A DNA stretch of 64,000 nucleotides from Lingula anatina (GCA_051362555.1 CM120644.1:11120567-11184566); one strand, 5' to 3'; counted from the first letter of the stretch, positions 13,928 through 28,117 are shown. A program made the numbers and translations. The notes: generated from the letters alone by a model not told the origin.

Positions 13928-14897
13928 GGCCACACTTTTTTAATTTTATGGATGACATCCTGCGCGCGCACGGATTTTCGCCCGTTCTCCAAAAAAAAAA
14001 AAAAAAAAGCCCCCCCCCCCCCAGCCCCCAACGAAGTCGGTTGTCGCAAACGTTGTTATTGAATTTGCAAGGAAATGAGCTTTCTGCGCATGCGTATTTT
14101 CGCCACGTGGAAATGCGGCCACTTTGCTGTCAAATTCATCTCTAGGATTACTTTCAAATTACACAACAATAAAAGTCATAAAGAGAACGGGCGCCATCGT
14201 TTTGGATTGGTATGCCATTGATATTGGGCATGGAGATATCACCTTTTTACAATTGTGCGAAAGGCTGGCGGCGGCTGAAACATTTCTGTGACATTCTGTA
14301 TAAAGCAGCACATTAATACCAGGTTTTCTGTAGCGAAAAAGGGTCGTCAAGGGCGTCGAGGTATTTGGTGGGCTGAAGGTCGGACAGGCCACCTGACAGT
14401 TTAGCTGCTTCGTGTGAGTTGAAGTTGACAAAATGGCATCGTCTGAAATGACCTTTAATAGATTTGGTAGTATTAAGCATATCTTTGCATCATTTTTTAA
14501 ACATTTCTGTGAAGTGTTCAAAATGTTTTAATATTCTGAGAATACAAATAAAGACACACTGTTTGATTGATATTTGTTTTATTGATTGCTATACCAAATG
14601 AATGCATGAAATAACCTTAAATAGATTTGGTAATATGAAGTATATCAATTCATGACTTTTTTTACATTTCTACGAAGTATTCACAATGCTTTAATATTTT
14701 GAGAGCATGGATAAAGACATATTGTTAGTTTGATACGTGTTTCTGTGGTTAAATTTGTGTTTCCAGCTGTGTACTGACAGCATTCCTTTACTTAAGCAGT
14801 TTTCTTTATTTGGACTGTTTTTTTTTTTTTTTTGCCCTCTCGCACCGATTTTGGGGTACCCAGAGGATGTCATCCATAAAAATAAAAAAGTGTGGCC
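13928..14897. mobile_element. 970-bp non-autonomous TIR element, TTA TSD (PIF/Harbinger-type)
   Basis: ~33-bp TIR GGCCACACTTTTT..ATGGATGACATCCT; TTA on both sides. Confidence 0.87.
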
Positions 14898-16611
14898 TTA
14901 ATTGCAAAAAGGTAAGCCCAAACATAGTCAGATTCTTGCACATGTATCTTTCTAGTCTAGTGTACAACACTTGTGGTACCAACAGCCTTGGTTTTAGCTC
15001 TCTTGGATGACTTTCATACTAGTACCTAATCTGCTTTGACATTTTTAAGCTATGTGTCTGAATACAATTTTGCGCTGTGGCTAACACAGCCTTCAATTTG
15101 GCAGGTATTTTTTTGTCCAAATTGGCTGAAAAAAATTCCTGAAACTAATCATCTAAAACAAAAGGCTTGTTTCTGTGAAAACAACAATTATTCTTTATAC
15201 AAGGCAAAGAATTCTCACTAAAACAAATCAATAACATGTTGTCTCCTCTCTCTTAGGAATAATCCCCTGTTCATGGTTAATTCCAAACACAGTAATAAAC
15301 AATGTAAACATGATTTTTCCATATTGCTGATGAACCTTATGTCAGCATCAATTTTGTTGTGCACTTCAAGCTACGAATTCCAATACCATCTGTCTTTACT
15401 TTTTTCCATTCAGCCACTCCTAAAATGCATGCTAGAGTTTCAAAATCAATGCAATTTTCCTGAAATTTGAATAATTTTCAGTAGAGAGATAAAAGAGATG
15501 ATCTTCTACTTCCGTGCATCTTTCCTATCATAACACTCATTCAGAAGGGCACAATTCTATTTGAGTTATTAAATTTAGATATGATATGTCTGTAAGATGA
15601 ATCCCACAGTCATTTGAACCTGTTTTTAAAAATCCTTTGAAGAGGGTTGAAAAAACAAAAATAAAGAGAGTCATTTATCATCCTTCATATGAACCTGACA
15701 TTCTAATTTGATTTCCTTTTTTCCATTGGGGAGGGGGGGGGGGGATGAGAATCTGTCATATTACTTTTCAGAATCATTCACCATTCAGGTAGTCATTTCT
15801 TTTGAGCTACAACCCAACTGAAGGTATTCCAATTCTTTAAATAGGTGAAACAAGGTAAACGTAATCCTATTTAGCACTCTTACAAGGTCTCTGGCTGGCC
15901 CAAACATTTTGACTTACTAGTATTTTTATGGGCAGAAATTTGGGACTCAGGGGCGGGGCTGGGCAGACCCCCCCCCCACCCCCATCCCCACTTTCTCTCT
16001 ATTTTAACATGCTAGCATGCACTGCAAGCAATGCAAAATCATTTCACTTTGGTGATGTCTCTACATAAATACTGGATCTATATACTAGTAAATAGTGGAT
16101 TTTTTTATCTGTCAATATCAGAATATCCCACAACAAAGCACAATGACTGAGCTAACTCTAACACAAAGTTTTCTTTACCAAAATTTTACTTCAACTCTAC
16201 TTCCGATAAGGAGAGTCTTCCCAAACGGACTTCAGTACAAAACTACTTACTTGACAGTAACAAAATCATCATGTTTTTCTTTGACTGATCTTATATTTCA
16301 ACCATTTTGTGAATCAGTCAATAGCACCTGTACACCATACAAATATACCTGTACTTATACCTGTAACTACCTGTAACTTCACCCACTGCTGTAGTTAATA
16401 GCTCTGCCCCGTACCAATCAACATTCATGTAAAACACACAAATAAAATAATGTAAACAAAAAAAAAAAAATCTGCAGTACACCCATACATGTTCTGAATT
16501 GTTCAAACATTAAATGCACCTACTTATATGATGAAACCCTCATTCTCTTTGGTATCAAGGCCTAATATTGTTGCTTTCCAATCCCCTCCCCCCCCCACCC
16601 CCCAATAAAAA

Positions 16612-18191
16612 ACTAGAGGATCAGAGAGGCGATTCCGCCTCCGGATATTGTACCACCAGCTGGAGTAAGCGCATTCGAATGGAACCCCCCCCCCCCCAAA
16701 AAAAAAAGGGACACCACAACCAGTCTTGTCCTTGACAAGCTCTATGCAATAAACAAGAATTTTCAAAATATGCAAAAAAAAAAAAAAAAAAAAAGAAAAA
16801 ACAACATAAAAATGGTCCAATCAAGCGGATTTTCCAATTGGCCTGTATTTTCCTAACATTGATCACTCCTGTGATTTTCTAAACACTAGGCCTATTAGTT
16901 TTCCTTGAAATGTGTTATCAGTGTTGCATATATGCTGACAAAAGAGAAAACGTAAGGGCAACACTGAGCATATCTCTGCTAGTTTTGAAGATATGAGGGG
17001 CAAGAAAATATGCAATGGTCAGTTCATGGTATATGATTTCCTATTCAAGTTAATTAGTAACTATGGGTATCTCCTTGCTAATTTTGGAGATAAAGAGGCC
17101 AGAAAACATGCAAAGTACAGTTTATCATAAAAAGTAGGTCAAAGGTCAATTTCAAGGTCACAGTTAGATTGCCAGTATATGACTTCCTGTTCAGGTTCAA
17201 TAGTAACTATGGGTGTATCTCTGCCAGTTTTCAAGATATACGGGAGATAATTTTTGCAAAGTTCAGTTCATGGTGAAAAGTAGGTCAAAGGTCAATTTCA
17301 AGGTCACAGTTAGATTATCAGTATATGACTTCCTATTCAAGTTCAATAGTAACTAAGGGCTTAACTCTGATAATTTTTGAGTAATTCACATTTTATTTTC
17401 ACCAATGAATTTTGGATGTTGAATTTTTTGATATAGTGCAATGCTTAAGCCGTATCAAAAACAAAAAAAAATGGACACCACCCCCAGTGTTGCCCTTGAC
17501 AAGTTCTACAAAATGAAAAAAACAAGAGGTCTCTAGCATTAACGGTTCCAGAATTAGAGAGAATTTTCAGTTTCAGCATCTTATGGCCGCTACTACCATG
17601 AAAATGCACCGATTGACCCCAAACTCACGAAAATGAAAGATGACCCTAAGGGTAACACCTGCCCATAATATTATAGGTAAGATATGTTTCGTTTCTAAAT
17701 ATCGGCTGAAATAAAAATTTTCTCGCAAAAAATTCCCATTTTTAGAAAATTTTGGCCCGTTTGACCTTGAAATAAAGGTCAAAGGTCAAATCCAAGGGCA
17801 TATTTGAAATCCTCACATATGACTTTTGGTCAGCCATCTGTAGTAATTTTTCCCATAATTCCATTGGTTTGGGAGATATTTAGCATTGAATTTTCAAAAT
17901 TTTTGACAAGGGTGCATTTCAACGAGCGTCACGCCCAGGTCAATGCACCAACTGAGACAAAAAAACCTGGGGGTTCAAGTTGAGATTATATGTGACCCAA
18001 ATCCAAGAGATGGGGACACAGGTCCTTGCGGTCTAGGAGGAGAAGCGGTAACGGTGACTCGTATCCCACGTCATCCTGCGGAGCCGCAGGAGCCGCAGGA
18101 GCCGCAGGAGCCGGCGGAGCCGGCGGAGCTGTACGAGACGGGTCGGGACTAAAACCATGAGTACCGCCAGCGTACACGCTGGTGGTACTAA
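16612..18191 (-). mobile_element. Non-autonomous Helentron-type element (HINE/DINE-1-like), copy 1
   Basis: On minus: 5' subTIR hairpin GTACCACCAGCG..CGCTGGCGGTAC, 9-mer microsatellite, core, ~2-3 units of the 146-bp repeat, 3' subTIR GCTGGTGGTAC, stem-loop GGAGGCGGAATCGCCTC, then CTAG followed by a T run. Confidence 0.85.
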
Positions 18192-18675
18192 TAATAATAA
18201 TAAAAAGTTGGATTTGTATGAGGCTTTACGTGTTCCACTCATGGAATACTAATATTACACAATGGCGACAGATCACAAACATTGCCTTTTTTTCAGATAA
18301 TAAAAAGTGCCCACTTCCTTCACATCTGGTTACTGGAGTCCCCACATCAAAGGGTATATAACACAGCATTCGTGCCAAACAGCATTATCATTGTTATCAA
18401 ATTATCATGTAATAGACCAATTACACGGCACTACACTAGTGTTTTTCTTCTCTCAATGGCTCAATGAGAACGAGGTAGAGTAGTGGATCCTTTCATGCTT
18501 TTTTTTTTAATTGCATCAATTCATAAAAAGAAAGTTTGACTTAAACGTATCATCAGTTACTACCCTGGGTCTGCAATCAAGTAATATGCATGCTTAGAGG
18601 TGTGGTTACACATAGGTTGGGCTGACCCTACTGCCAGTTTTGGTGAAGGCAAGAGGCACATGGATGTAGAACTAA

Positions 18676-18889
18676 GACCCCATTCCTAGGATTTAGATCG
18701 ATCCAACTAGATCGACCTAACTCCCTGGGGATTCACGCTAAATAGCTGTCAGCCGAGGGGGCATGAAAGTTAATTACCCCCTTACAGCTTGTAGTAGGCA
18801 GGACGGACATTTAAGCCAGATTATCTGACAGTAATCTAGTGAGACTCCCCACGGGGATAGATCGATCTAAAATCTATGGGAATGCACCC
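18676..18889. mobile_element. PIF/Harbinger-type MITE, TAA TSD; partial second copy at ~19496-19617
   Basis: CATTCCTAGGATTTAGATCGATC/GATCGATCTAAAATCTATGGGAATG subterminal inverted repeat; TAA flanks; the right half recurs ~730 bp downstream. Confidence 0.65.
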
Positions 18890-20574
18890 TAACTGTTGGC
18901 TATGCCGAAGTTAGCATAATCAGATTGCAATCGACTTACTGCCTATTTCCCCAAAGTCCATAATATTTTTGTGTGTCCATGTTTAAAACATTCTGGGTTA
19001 GACCTAAACAGTAACACTCATTCTCCAGTGTTATCAGGGTAATAAAACATAGTACAATTTTCTAGGTTTCAGGTCGGTCTTCAACCCAAGCTGTATATAT
19101 CAAATAATGAAAGAGCCCGCAGATCTAGACTGTTCATGCGTGCCGCCATTATAAATGATAAATTACCTGTCTGAGGCCACGTACAGTCTGCTGCCATAAC
19201 AAAGAGCGTTTTATTTATTTTTTTTTTCTTTTATTTCAGGAAGAGAACGATTGATTGTTCACCTCAGCTACTACTGTATGTGATGTTCTCACCAAAACAA
19301 CTGGAGAAGCAATGCTGTGGGCCGATGCAAGAACAGCACCGCCAACTTCGAATTCCACAGGCTCACTGGAATTCCAAGTCAAAAACAATGACACAAATTG
19401 AAAATACTATTTATAATAAATTCTATAATAAATTTACAATATTCTCAAATATTAATTTTAAACCACATACAATGCTGTCAGCCGAACGCACTATAGTTAA
19501 TTACCCCCTTACAGCTTTTAGTAGGCGGGACAGACATTTAAGCCGGCTAAGCTGACAGTAATCTAGTGAGACTCCCCATGGGGATAGATCAATCTAAAAT
19601 CTGTGGGAATGCAGTCTATGTCCACTGCTAATCCGGTGTGAAATTCAAATTTAGAGTGCTCTAAAATGGCTGCCATAAGCAATCAGTAGAAACCCAAATT
19701 TGGAACTTGCTCGATAAATGCACTTGTTTCTTGAATATCATAAGAAGATTGCATCCTCCATAAGTTGACTGCAATTCACAGCCAAAACCAATTTATAACA
19801 AGACATGCATCATTCTAATAACTTTGGTCTGTATTCCAATTGGTTAGCTGCCATATCTATTTGGTAGATTTAATTCAATTTGTAAAATAGCTTGGCTCTT
19901 CCACTATTATTCAGACTCTGTTGTGTTAGGTACTTGTTCGAAAAGATGATACCACCACTTTCTTCAATGATTGAAATTATCAAGGAAATTGTCCGAGATA
20001 TATTATCTTGTGTGCAATATACATTATAATTGTGAATGAATCTGTTTCAATTAATCTCATTGAAGTTATGTTTTTTTCCTTTGCATTTGACCATCATTAT
20101 TCTGTCATTTGTCTGCATGGGGTTTATTTCATAAACATTTTTTATCTTGGAAAATTGGAATGACATTGACTTTAAATTAAGTCAGATTAGCAAATTCAGT
20201 AAGACATACATGCTATCAAGACAATTCAATTACCAATTTCTAATTTCAGAAATAAATATATCAGCATTACAATATCTAGCTGGACATTTCTTAAAACCCT
20301 GCGTACTTTTAGTCAATTCAATCTTGAAAGGAACTGTTACACAAGATGCATACATCAGAGAAGCATTAAGATGTCAGTCTATCTTATAATTAATTTGAAT
20401 TTCATCTTTATTTTTTTTTCTTGGCTAATGAATATCAGTGAAGTTTTTGTCTGTGCTCCCGTCTTCATCATCTCCATTTCTGACATTTGTTTCCACTACA
20501 TCTTATTTATGTGAAATGTTTCAGACATGGCAGACTGATGTCAATCACATAATAGTTCCATCAGAGATCATATT

Positions 20575-20742
20575 CAGGGGCGGATTTAGGGCGTCTTCTG
20601 GGTCTTCCGGAAGACGGTCAGATTTTCAAGTTTACATTGACGGGTATCTAATTTTTTCTGTCGGAAGACGGTCAAAAATGGAGGACGGATCAACAAAGAT
20701 AAATTGGAAGACTGTCAAAAAATAACTCTGGATCCGCCCCTG
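20575..20742. mobile_element. 168-bp hAT-like MITE with 5-bp TSD (ATATT)
   Basis: TIR CAGGGGCGGAT/ATCCGCCCCTG; ATATT on both sides. Confidence 0.88.
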
Positions 20743-23700
20743 ATATTCAAGGACATTCTGAATTGTGGTTTTCCAGTAGTGTGATGGAAATGTTCGAAAT
20801 TGTTATTTGCATTTTTTTTCTTGTCTCTTCATGGACTGCTATTTTCATGAAGACTTGTAGTCTACTTGTAGTCAATTTAAAGGATAATTCAGTTTTATAA
20901 TAAACCTATTTAAACCTATCACTCTAAGAAATACATGCCCAAAACACAATTAATTCCATAAACTAAATAGACATCCTCGGGCAACGATTTCATAATTAGC
21001 TGTGGCTGCATGTCATTAATACTCTTTTGCAAAAAAAGGAAATAAATAAATAAAAATCTTGGACCAAAACCTTCCAGGAGAAATACATGAAACCCAATTT
21101 ATAACATCCCCATTAATAAACAAAACAACAATGTCCAAGAGGAGAAGTGAAAGCAATCCTAAAGAACCACAGTCTACCCCAGGCCATCATTTCCTGAAGA
21201 TTAATGCAGGAGGAACTGGGCTTCATGAACCCTAGCAGGGGAAGGTAATTTAAAATTAAAACCATTCTGTACAGTATAACTCCAGGAAATGCCCAGTTTG
21301 AATGGATCTGAAAGTCTGAGTCACGCTTGAGACGCCGTGTCATCCTTCAATTAACCTTCCTTGGGCGAGAGTCGTGCTGGGGATTGTTTCAGAAATTGAA
21401 TGAAGTTTTTTGGGGGGCTTTAGTTTCATTAAAACTGCTAAAATCTGGTAGCTAAACAGTGTGAAATCCATGGGAATACTAGTTTAATGGTGTTTTAAGA
21501 ATGTTCTTTTCTTTTTCAGCTCTTCATGACCAATGAAAGAAATTGTGATAGAAAATAACTGGAATTACCTCTTTTGAGCTACATAGAGAAAAAGAAATGA
21601 GACAAAAGGTTTTATACAGGTGAAGAAAGATTTCATACAATGGAATATCAAGATGGTAAAACAGCCCTTTTGTTAATGTGTAGCAACACTGCCACCACAA
21701 GCAAGGCCACTGATAGAAATGTTTTCCTTTTACTTGATCAATTTATGAGTATAAAAATCCAAATTCTTTTTTTTCCACAAGTGAAAACTACTCGTTTTCT
21801 CTTCGTTCAGATATTATTGTAATCATTCTTAACTTTACTATCTTTCTCTTTAAAACTAACAGACAGATTAATACTCAGGCATTTGTAAAAGAAACTTCTT
21901 CATAAAAAAATTAACCTTTCACACATTAGACTTAGAGAACTAGACTTTGTCATTGTAGGGAAACATACATATTACTTACATCGTCCTAATTGCATATATA
22001 GATTTTTTCCACAAATCATTTGTCACAGGACAAAATGGGCTTATCAGAGCAAGACATGGCCCTCACTACAATGAAATGACTCAAAGCTGGCTGCATTCGC
22101 AATGGTTTCAACAAAATGTGCATCATGATAAGGAGTAAATCACTTTCCAAGAACTTAAGATGTCTTTCTATCTTAATCTGCAAAACAATTTTTCATTGAA
22201 AAACGTATCAGTTTTAATAATTGGTAGTGTACGTTCAGTTATCTTGTACTATTTATTTCTGTTATGTGGGCAGTGCAGTAAGAAATATAAGAGATAACAT
22301 AGGAATAACAGAATTGGGGATTGCTATCAAAGGGATCCCTTCTGGACATTAAAACTTTTTTTGCATCTTTTTCTAAAACCATAACAGCCTTTGAGAGTGG
22401 CTACAAATGACAACAGACATACAGAGAGACTGGTGTGTATGCTATAGTGACCATGCTTACTCAAGGATGAAATTTCTTTTGACAAACATCTAAATCATTC
22501 TAACCAAATCCATTGATATTTACTCAATTTACTCACAAACCAAATCAAAACCAAATTTTTACAATAAAGGGGATTTTCTCCATTTCAGCAGCCAAATAAG
22601 TACACCTTTAGCATTTGCCTAAAATCTGCTTTGCCAGAGAGTGCCAAGTATAGGCTATAGCCAGTGTAAAGATGCACATATTTCATCCAAGCATTGGTCT
22701 ATGAGACCCCACCCACTTTGAACTCTGTAAACATTGCTACCTGTGAATACTGAATATCCACAATAAGAAAAACTACACATAGTACGTCAATGTTTACTCA
22801 GATCATTATCTTCTCATCAACACACCTGAGAACAGTGACCCAAAAGAAGGCCATAATGTTCCCCCCTTTCACAGACCCAGTGTTCTAATATTTTGTCCGT
22901 ATTGGTTCACACTGAGGTGATCTGCCCCCGGAGTTGTCGAGTTGTCGTGTGTTGTTTTGATAATTCACACGGGTCATTACATGGCATTGCCAGTCATTGT
23001 TGGGATCTAACCTGCTAGGTCAGTCAGTGCATGTAAATAGGCACATCTCACATGGTATTTGGCCCAACTAACTAGAAAGATTTTTTGTGTTGGTGGAGGG
23101 GTGGGGGGGGCGTGCAAAGGCGAATTTCAAAATGATTATTAGAATCAAAGCAGTCATAACTTTTCTGTTCCCGCCCCCTCAACACACCATCTCAAAATGC
23201 ATGCCTGCACACATGCCCACACGCACACAGAGAGAGAGAGAGAGAGATACTCAAATACTCCCACTATCTGGACATGGTGGATCATGTCCTCATGCTTATA
23301 ATTGCTGGTTTGTGGGATCAAAGGGATAGTAGATTCTCCACAAATTGTATTTTATCCAATCGATGTGCATGCATGTATCAAGGTCAATCTAAGTTTTCAA
23401 GGGTAATTGGATGCCTGCATGTCAAAGTTGTGGTCACAACAGGAATAACTTAGGTCAAAAATGCCCAGATGACGTCACAAGATGACAAGATTGTCTCAAA
23501 TCCATTGAAGTTTAACTAGGTTGCCCTAGCAACCTATTCAATTTTAAAGAATGCCCACTTCAGTCTATTTCTGGAGTAACTTAGTCTGGCAGTGAACGCG
23601 ACCTACAGGTATGATGTATCACCTGTCTTGGAGTAAACAAGGCATAACAGTTTATCTCACCTGAGCCTTTCATACAACTAACAGAAAAGGTGTAAAGTAC

Positions 23701-25984
23701 ATTCCTACTATTCCTGTAGTTCCAGCATGGAACAATAACAACAGAATCTTCTAGATAATATAAAAAGATCCAGACTTCAAACCAAAGTGGTCAGCAAAAT
23801 TTAAATGCAGTTTGTGCGGGGAAAATCAAAACCGTGTCCATTTCATTGGTATTCATGATTTTTCTCCAGCCAATATTATGGATAAATGTTTCATATTATT
23901 CTGGAATTGTTCGAGGTCTATGACCTTGAAATTATATTGTAGAAATTGAAAGCTGTGTAAGTTTTGCAGATAAATATTTACAGTGCTCAATGTCCTTACG
24001 CATTTAGTTTGTCTCAGTAAGTTGTGAAATAAGAATTGTACATAAATGATATTATAAACAGTCTACTAGTAATCTGCCAAAAGAAAACTGCTGTGTATTC
24101 ACAATTCTATTATTACTGGATAACTGCATCCATACTTCAAAATGTAGAATTACCTTAAAATTACCAAGCAAATACTTAACATTAGCTTAATAATTCAATG
24201 TTTAAATAGAAATTTACCCAAAAACTAGGGCCAGCATGTAAGTAACACGTGCATGTTGGCAGTAGGAAATATTAACCCCAGAGAACCTAACTGACATTGC
24301 TCATCCTTCTCAATGTTAACCTGTCAGTCAAATAACCTTACAGCACTACTGTATCATATAAATACTATCTACATTATGATCACTACTGTATCATATGAAC
24401 ACTATATAAATTATGAGGACTAGCCAATATATGTCCAAGACATCAAATTCTGAAACGTACCTTCAAATTTCTTAAGCAACTGCCCTGTTCTTTTCTCTCT
24501 CTCTCTCTGTCCCTGCTCTCATCTTCCAGTCAATGTCAGTACAGTTTTGATGGGAATTCTCATAACACAATGACATGTAAATCCAGCACTGACCAATCCA
24601 AGGGGACTTGGGAGGAAAATAATGGGTCTCATTTTGCAAGGCATGCCTAAATGCGAAATGCTGTCATATGATACCCCCCCCCCCCCCCCCCAGTTCCCTT
24701 CAATTTCCCAGGCACTTTCTCAGTATCTGCATTTTTTGGGGAAAAAAATAATGGAGTGATTCTTGGGTTACTTCATGATTTTTCTTCTGATAATTATTTA
24801 AATGGCCAGAGTAAATGACTTGCCTTCAAGAAAAATTAATTTTCACCACTTACTCCTTTTTAAAGTCATTTATATTTATTGGTGTTATAATCTTGAAAGA
24901 AAAAGACATGCTAAAGAAATTAAATACTTCAAACTTTAAGGTTGCATGCACTTAAGATGACATACCGTGAATTATTAAAATTCTCAGTCAGTAATTTTAA
25001 TACACTTTTGATGTCATGACAATGATGGAAAAGATGTATACTGCAACTGTAAAAGATAACAGTTTGACTGGGAGAATGGTACAGCAGTGCACAGACGTGA
25101 CACCGGATAAAAGTACTTAGTAGAGTTTTAAGTGCTCTGCCTGGGTCCTGGTACATGATGGCATCACAACGCAGGAAATAAACAAATTAAATGACATTGC
25201 AATCCACCACCAACAATATTTTGCAAGGTGTTCTGCTTGAACTTACGTTACAAGTTTTTTTGAAGAGGCATTGCAGTAAGCAGACTTTATCATGTCATCT
25301 CGTGGATTTGTCATGTTGCTTCATCATAGGTATTAAAGGGGTTGCCTCAGTTTATCTAAAAAGCAGCAGGTGTGAGTTGTAATGTCTTAATCCTTGCTAT
25401 TTTCTTTTTTTAGTAACGTGCACTTATATTAAATAACATGTTGCATCATATTTAAGGAAACAAATTTATCTTTATTTTCACTTTACTCAAGGACTGCATT
25501 TTTGCATGAACTGAAAATGCACAGAATACATGTACTAGTAAATATAACATCCACTAAATTGAGACAGAAGTGAGAGGTTCTATGATCTGATAAATATTAG
25601 ACAATTTGAGTCTGCACGTCAATACAATAATGACCAGTAATTTAGCGCAATTTATTAATTAGTCTGGTATACTCTGTAAATGCATTAATTGCATTAGATT
25701 TTCTTCATGCTGTTATTCCTTTATAAAATTTTACATTAAATAAGCCACCTAAGTATAGGAATATTCCTTTGATGGGTTTCAGGAAACAGACCCACAAACT
25801 TGAACAATTTTTTATCTTTGTCATATTTACAAATAATATCATTATAATTCTTATATTTTCTAGATTTGTTGCACAAAAAACAAAAGGAAGCACTGGTATT
25901 TCACTCTTACAAGATATAAATATCTCTCCCTTCTTCTTCCTCCCACTTTACAAACTCTAAAACTGCCATGTAATCAAAATATCA

Positions 25985-25987
<3 letters not shown>

Positions 25988-26024
<37 letters not shown>
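25988..26024. repeat. (TC)n microsatellite followed by poly-C
   Basis: Direct reading. Confidence 0.95.
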
Positions 26025-26027
<3 letters not shown>

Positions 26028-26567
26028 CCCCCCCCCCCCCCCCCCTCAACACAGGCATACTGATGTTGGGCAGTTTAACCCCAACAAGCAAAACCCTCTC
26101 GCGTCACAATATATTAGCACACTGTGTGGTATCCCTCCTCGCTTAAATATCTATAAAACTTAATACACTCAAGCACAGAAACCCGTGACCACCACAAGTC
26201 CATCTATCTAAGAGTATAGTTATCTAGACTCCAAACACCTCACCAGATTCCGAAAATACCTTCGACATAAGCAGCTCTTCCCAATACCTTGTGGTCCAAC
26301 AAATAAGCTGTTCAGTGCTAAGAAGCTCACTTATGGGGTGCTAATGAGAGGATATCAATTAAAAAGTTTGATTACCATATATTTTATAACGTAAAGTCAT
26401 CAGAAGGGTTCTACTGCTTCTTATCTACTTCCACTGAGAACTGTCACTCAGCACAGTAGTGTTCACTGTTGTTTTGGGTTCGGAATTCCCAACACACACC
26501 CGAGTTTATTTCGTCTTCTACAGACACTCTAGGCCCCTCAATATGCAATTTTCAAATACTACATGAA

Positions 26568-26700
26568 GCTTACCTTGACAGAGAACGCAGTCCGTGCGCT
26601 TGTGTCGTACTGTATCCCCCGAATACGATATGTGCACTAGCGATCAAATCACAGAGACTTCCGCACAAGTGAGCATGGCGATTTGTTGTTGCCTCGGTGT
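26568..26700 (-). promoter_or_regulatory. Probable promoter/non-coding first exon of a minus-strand gene extending left
   Basis: CpG-rich patch with ETS motif ACTTCCG (26657) and YY1-like CATGGCG (26674), ending in a strong donor AAG|GTAAGC at 26573. Confidence 0.5.
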
Positions 26701-27220
26701 GGTATCAGTGTGTTAGATGAGACAAGAAAAAATCGATTTCAGCACAACTACTGCAATCACGTATATCTCTAGCTAACACAGCACAAGGACGTATTTTGAA
26801 TATATTCCCCCCCCCCCCCTTCGGTTTCTAAAAAATATATGACACCGATATTCCCCTTTTGAAATTACAATTATGACTAGCTAAATCATAGTTCTGCTTT
26901 ACCCATGACATCAAAGAGTGTAATGGGAACCAAGGCGGTTCACAACAGACGTGGTTTAGTTTTAGCGAGACCCTAAGTAGAGAGGAAAAAACATTCAAAT
27001 ATGTAAAATAACTTGTTCGATTTCCATATAAGCAATTGCATCGATGGAAATTTTGAACATAGGCCTATTTTGCAAATAAAAAAAGATATCATTTTTCTGC
27101 TGAAAACGGGTGGTATGACGTGCTGTTATACCGAGAAAGCTACTGAATCATTTCAAGTTCGTTGGCTTTCATTGATAGGCCTGCTCGGAACGTTTCGAGT
27201 CAGATAATTTCAGATACCTT

Positions 27221-27386
27221 CAGGGGCGTAACCAGACCTTTGAAAATTGTACGCACAGATTTTGAAAATTCCCAGGTACGATTATATTCCTTGAAAAATA
27301 CACTGAATTAATGGAGAATAATATCATGGTTGGCTCAAAAAATTGTACGCACAGTGCATCCCTGCGTATGCCTGGTTACGCCCCTG
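27221..27386. mobile_element. 166-bp hAT-like MITE with 5-bp TSD (ACCTT)
   Basis: Perfect 15-bp TIR CAGGGGCGTAACCAG/CTGGTTACGCCCCTG; ACCTT on both sides; the empty site is visible in duplication copy 2 (~28761). Confidence 0.93.
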
Positions 27387-27842
27387 ACCTTTATTTTCGT
27401 TTTGTTTTGCACTGAGATAACGTTTGCTTTCACCTTTGACGATATACAGCGCGATGAGGTCCACAGCTGTTCACACATTGGCGGTTTTAGTATTGAGTAG
27501 TCTTCACTCTTTCAAATGTCGACCGCGGACTTGGCCCGGGTACTGTATGAACATATGAACAGTCTTGAGAAGCAAGGGTGCAAGAAAGGCATGAAAAGAC
27601 AAAAAAAAAATCTCTCTGATAATCCCACCGAGAAGATAGCACATTTTGATAAAATGCAGATCATACGGAGTTAGCTCTAGGTCAATTTAAGCACAAGATC
27701 TGTGGCACCAAATTAAGAACTTTTAACTGAAGAGAAAGGAAATATTATTGACGACGCAGACTTTATTCTAATGAGCAGCAACATGTTTGTTTTAAATCGA
27801 AAATTTAATGTAAACTTTCTAAAGTATACCGTATTTTTATGC

Positions 27843-28046
27843 AAAAGGTAATTTGCAAGGACCCTGGAGAGCCCAGATTCGTTCTCCTGACATCCGGGAC
27901 ACGATTCAGAGGCCCGGTCGTTGTCGTGATGGACTGACGTGCCTCATCCGGGATTCGAACTCGTGACTTTGCGTTGCCATGGTTGGTGGCGCTTTGGGTG
28001 TCTCATTTGCATCCAAGCACGCTACCGACTGCACCGTGACAGACCC
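27843..28046 (-). ncRNA. tRNA-headed (SINE-like) Pol III-like unit, ~200 nt, copy 1
   Basis: D-arm-like GGTGCAGTCGGTAGCG, expanded middle, B box GAGTTCGAATCCC, GC-rich tail, TTTT terminator. Confidence 0.45.
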
Positions 28047-28117
28047 GACCACCCTCCTTACATACGAGTTACCTCTTATTGTAACCAATTGGAATTTTTA
28101 AATTTTAATTCTGGAAC

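Noticed and set aside
17943-18242. ORFs with EPQ/PAA/RLL repeats
   Set aside because: Translations of the 9-bp microsatellite inside the Helentron-type element
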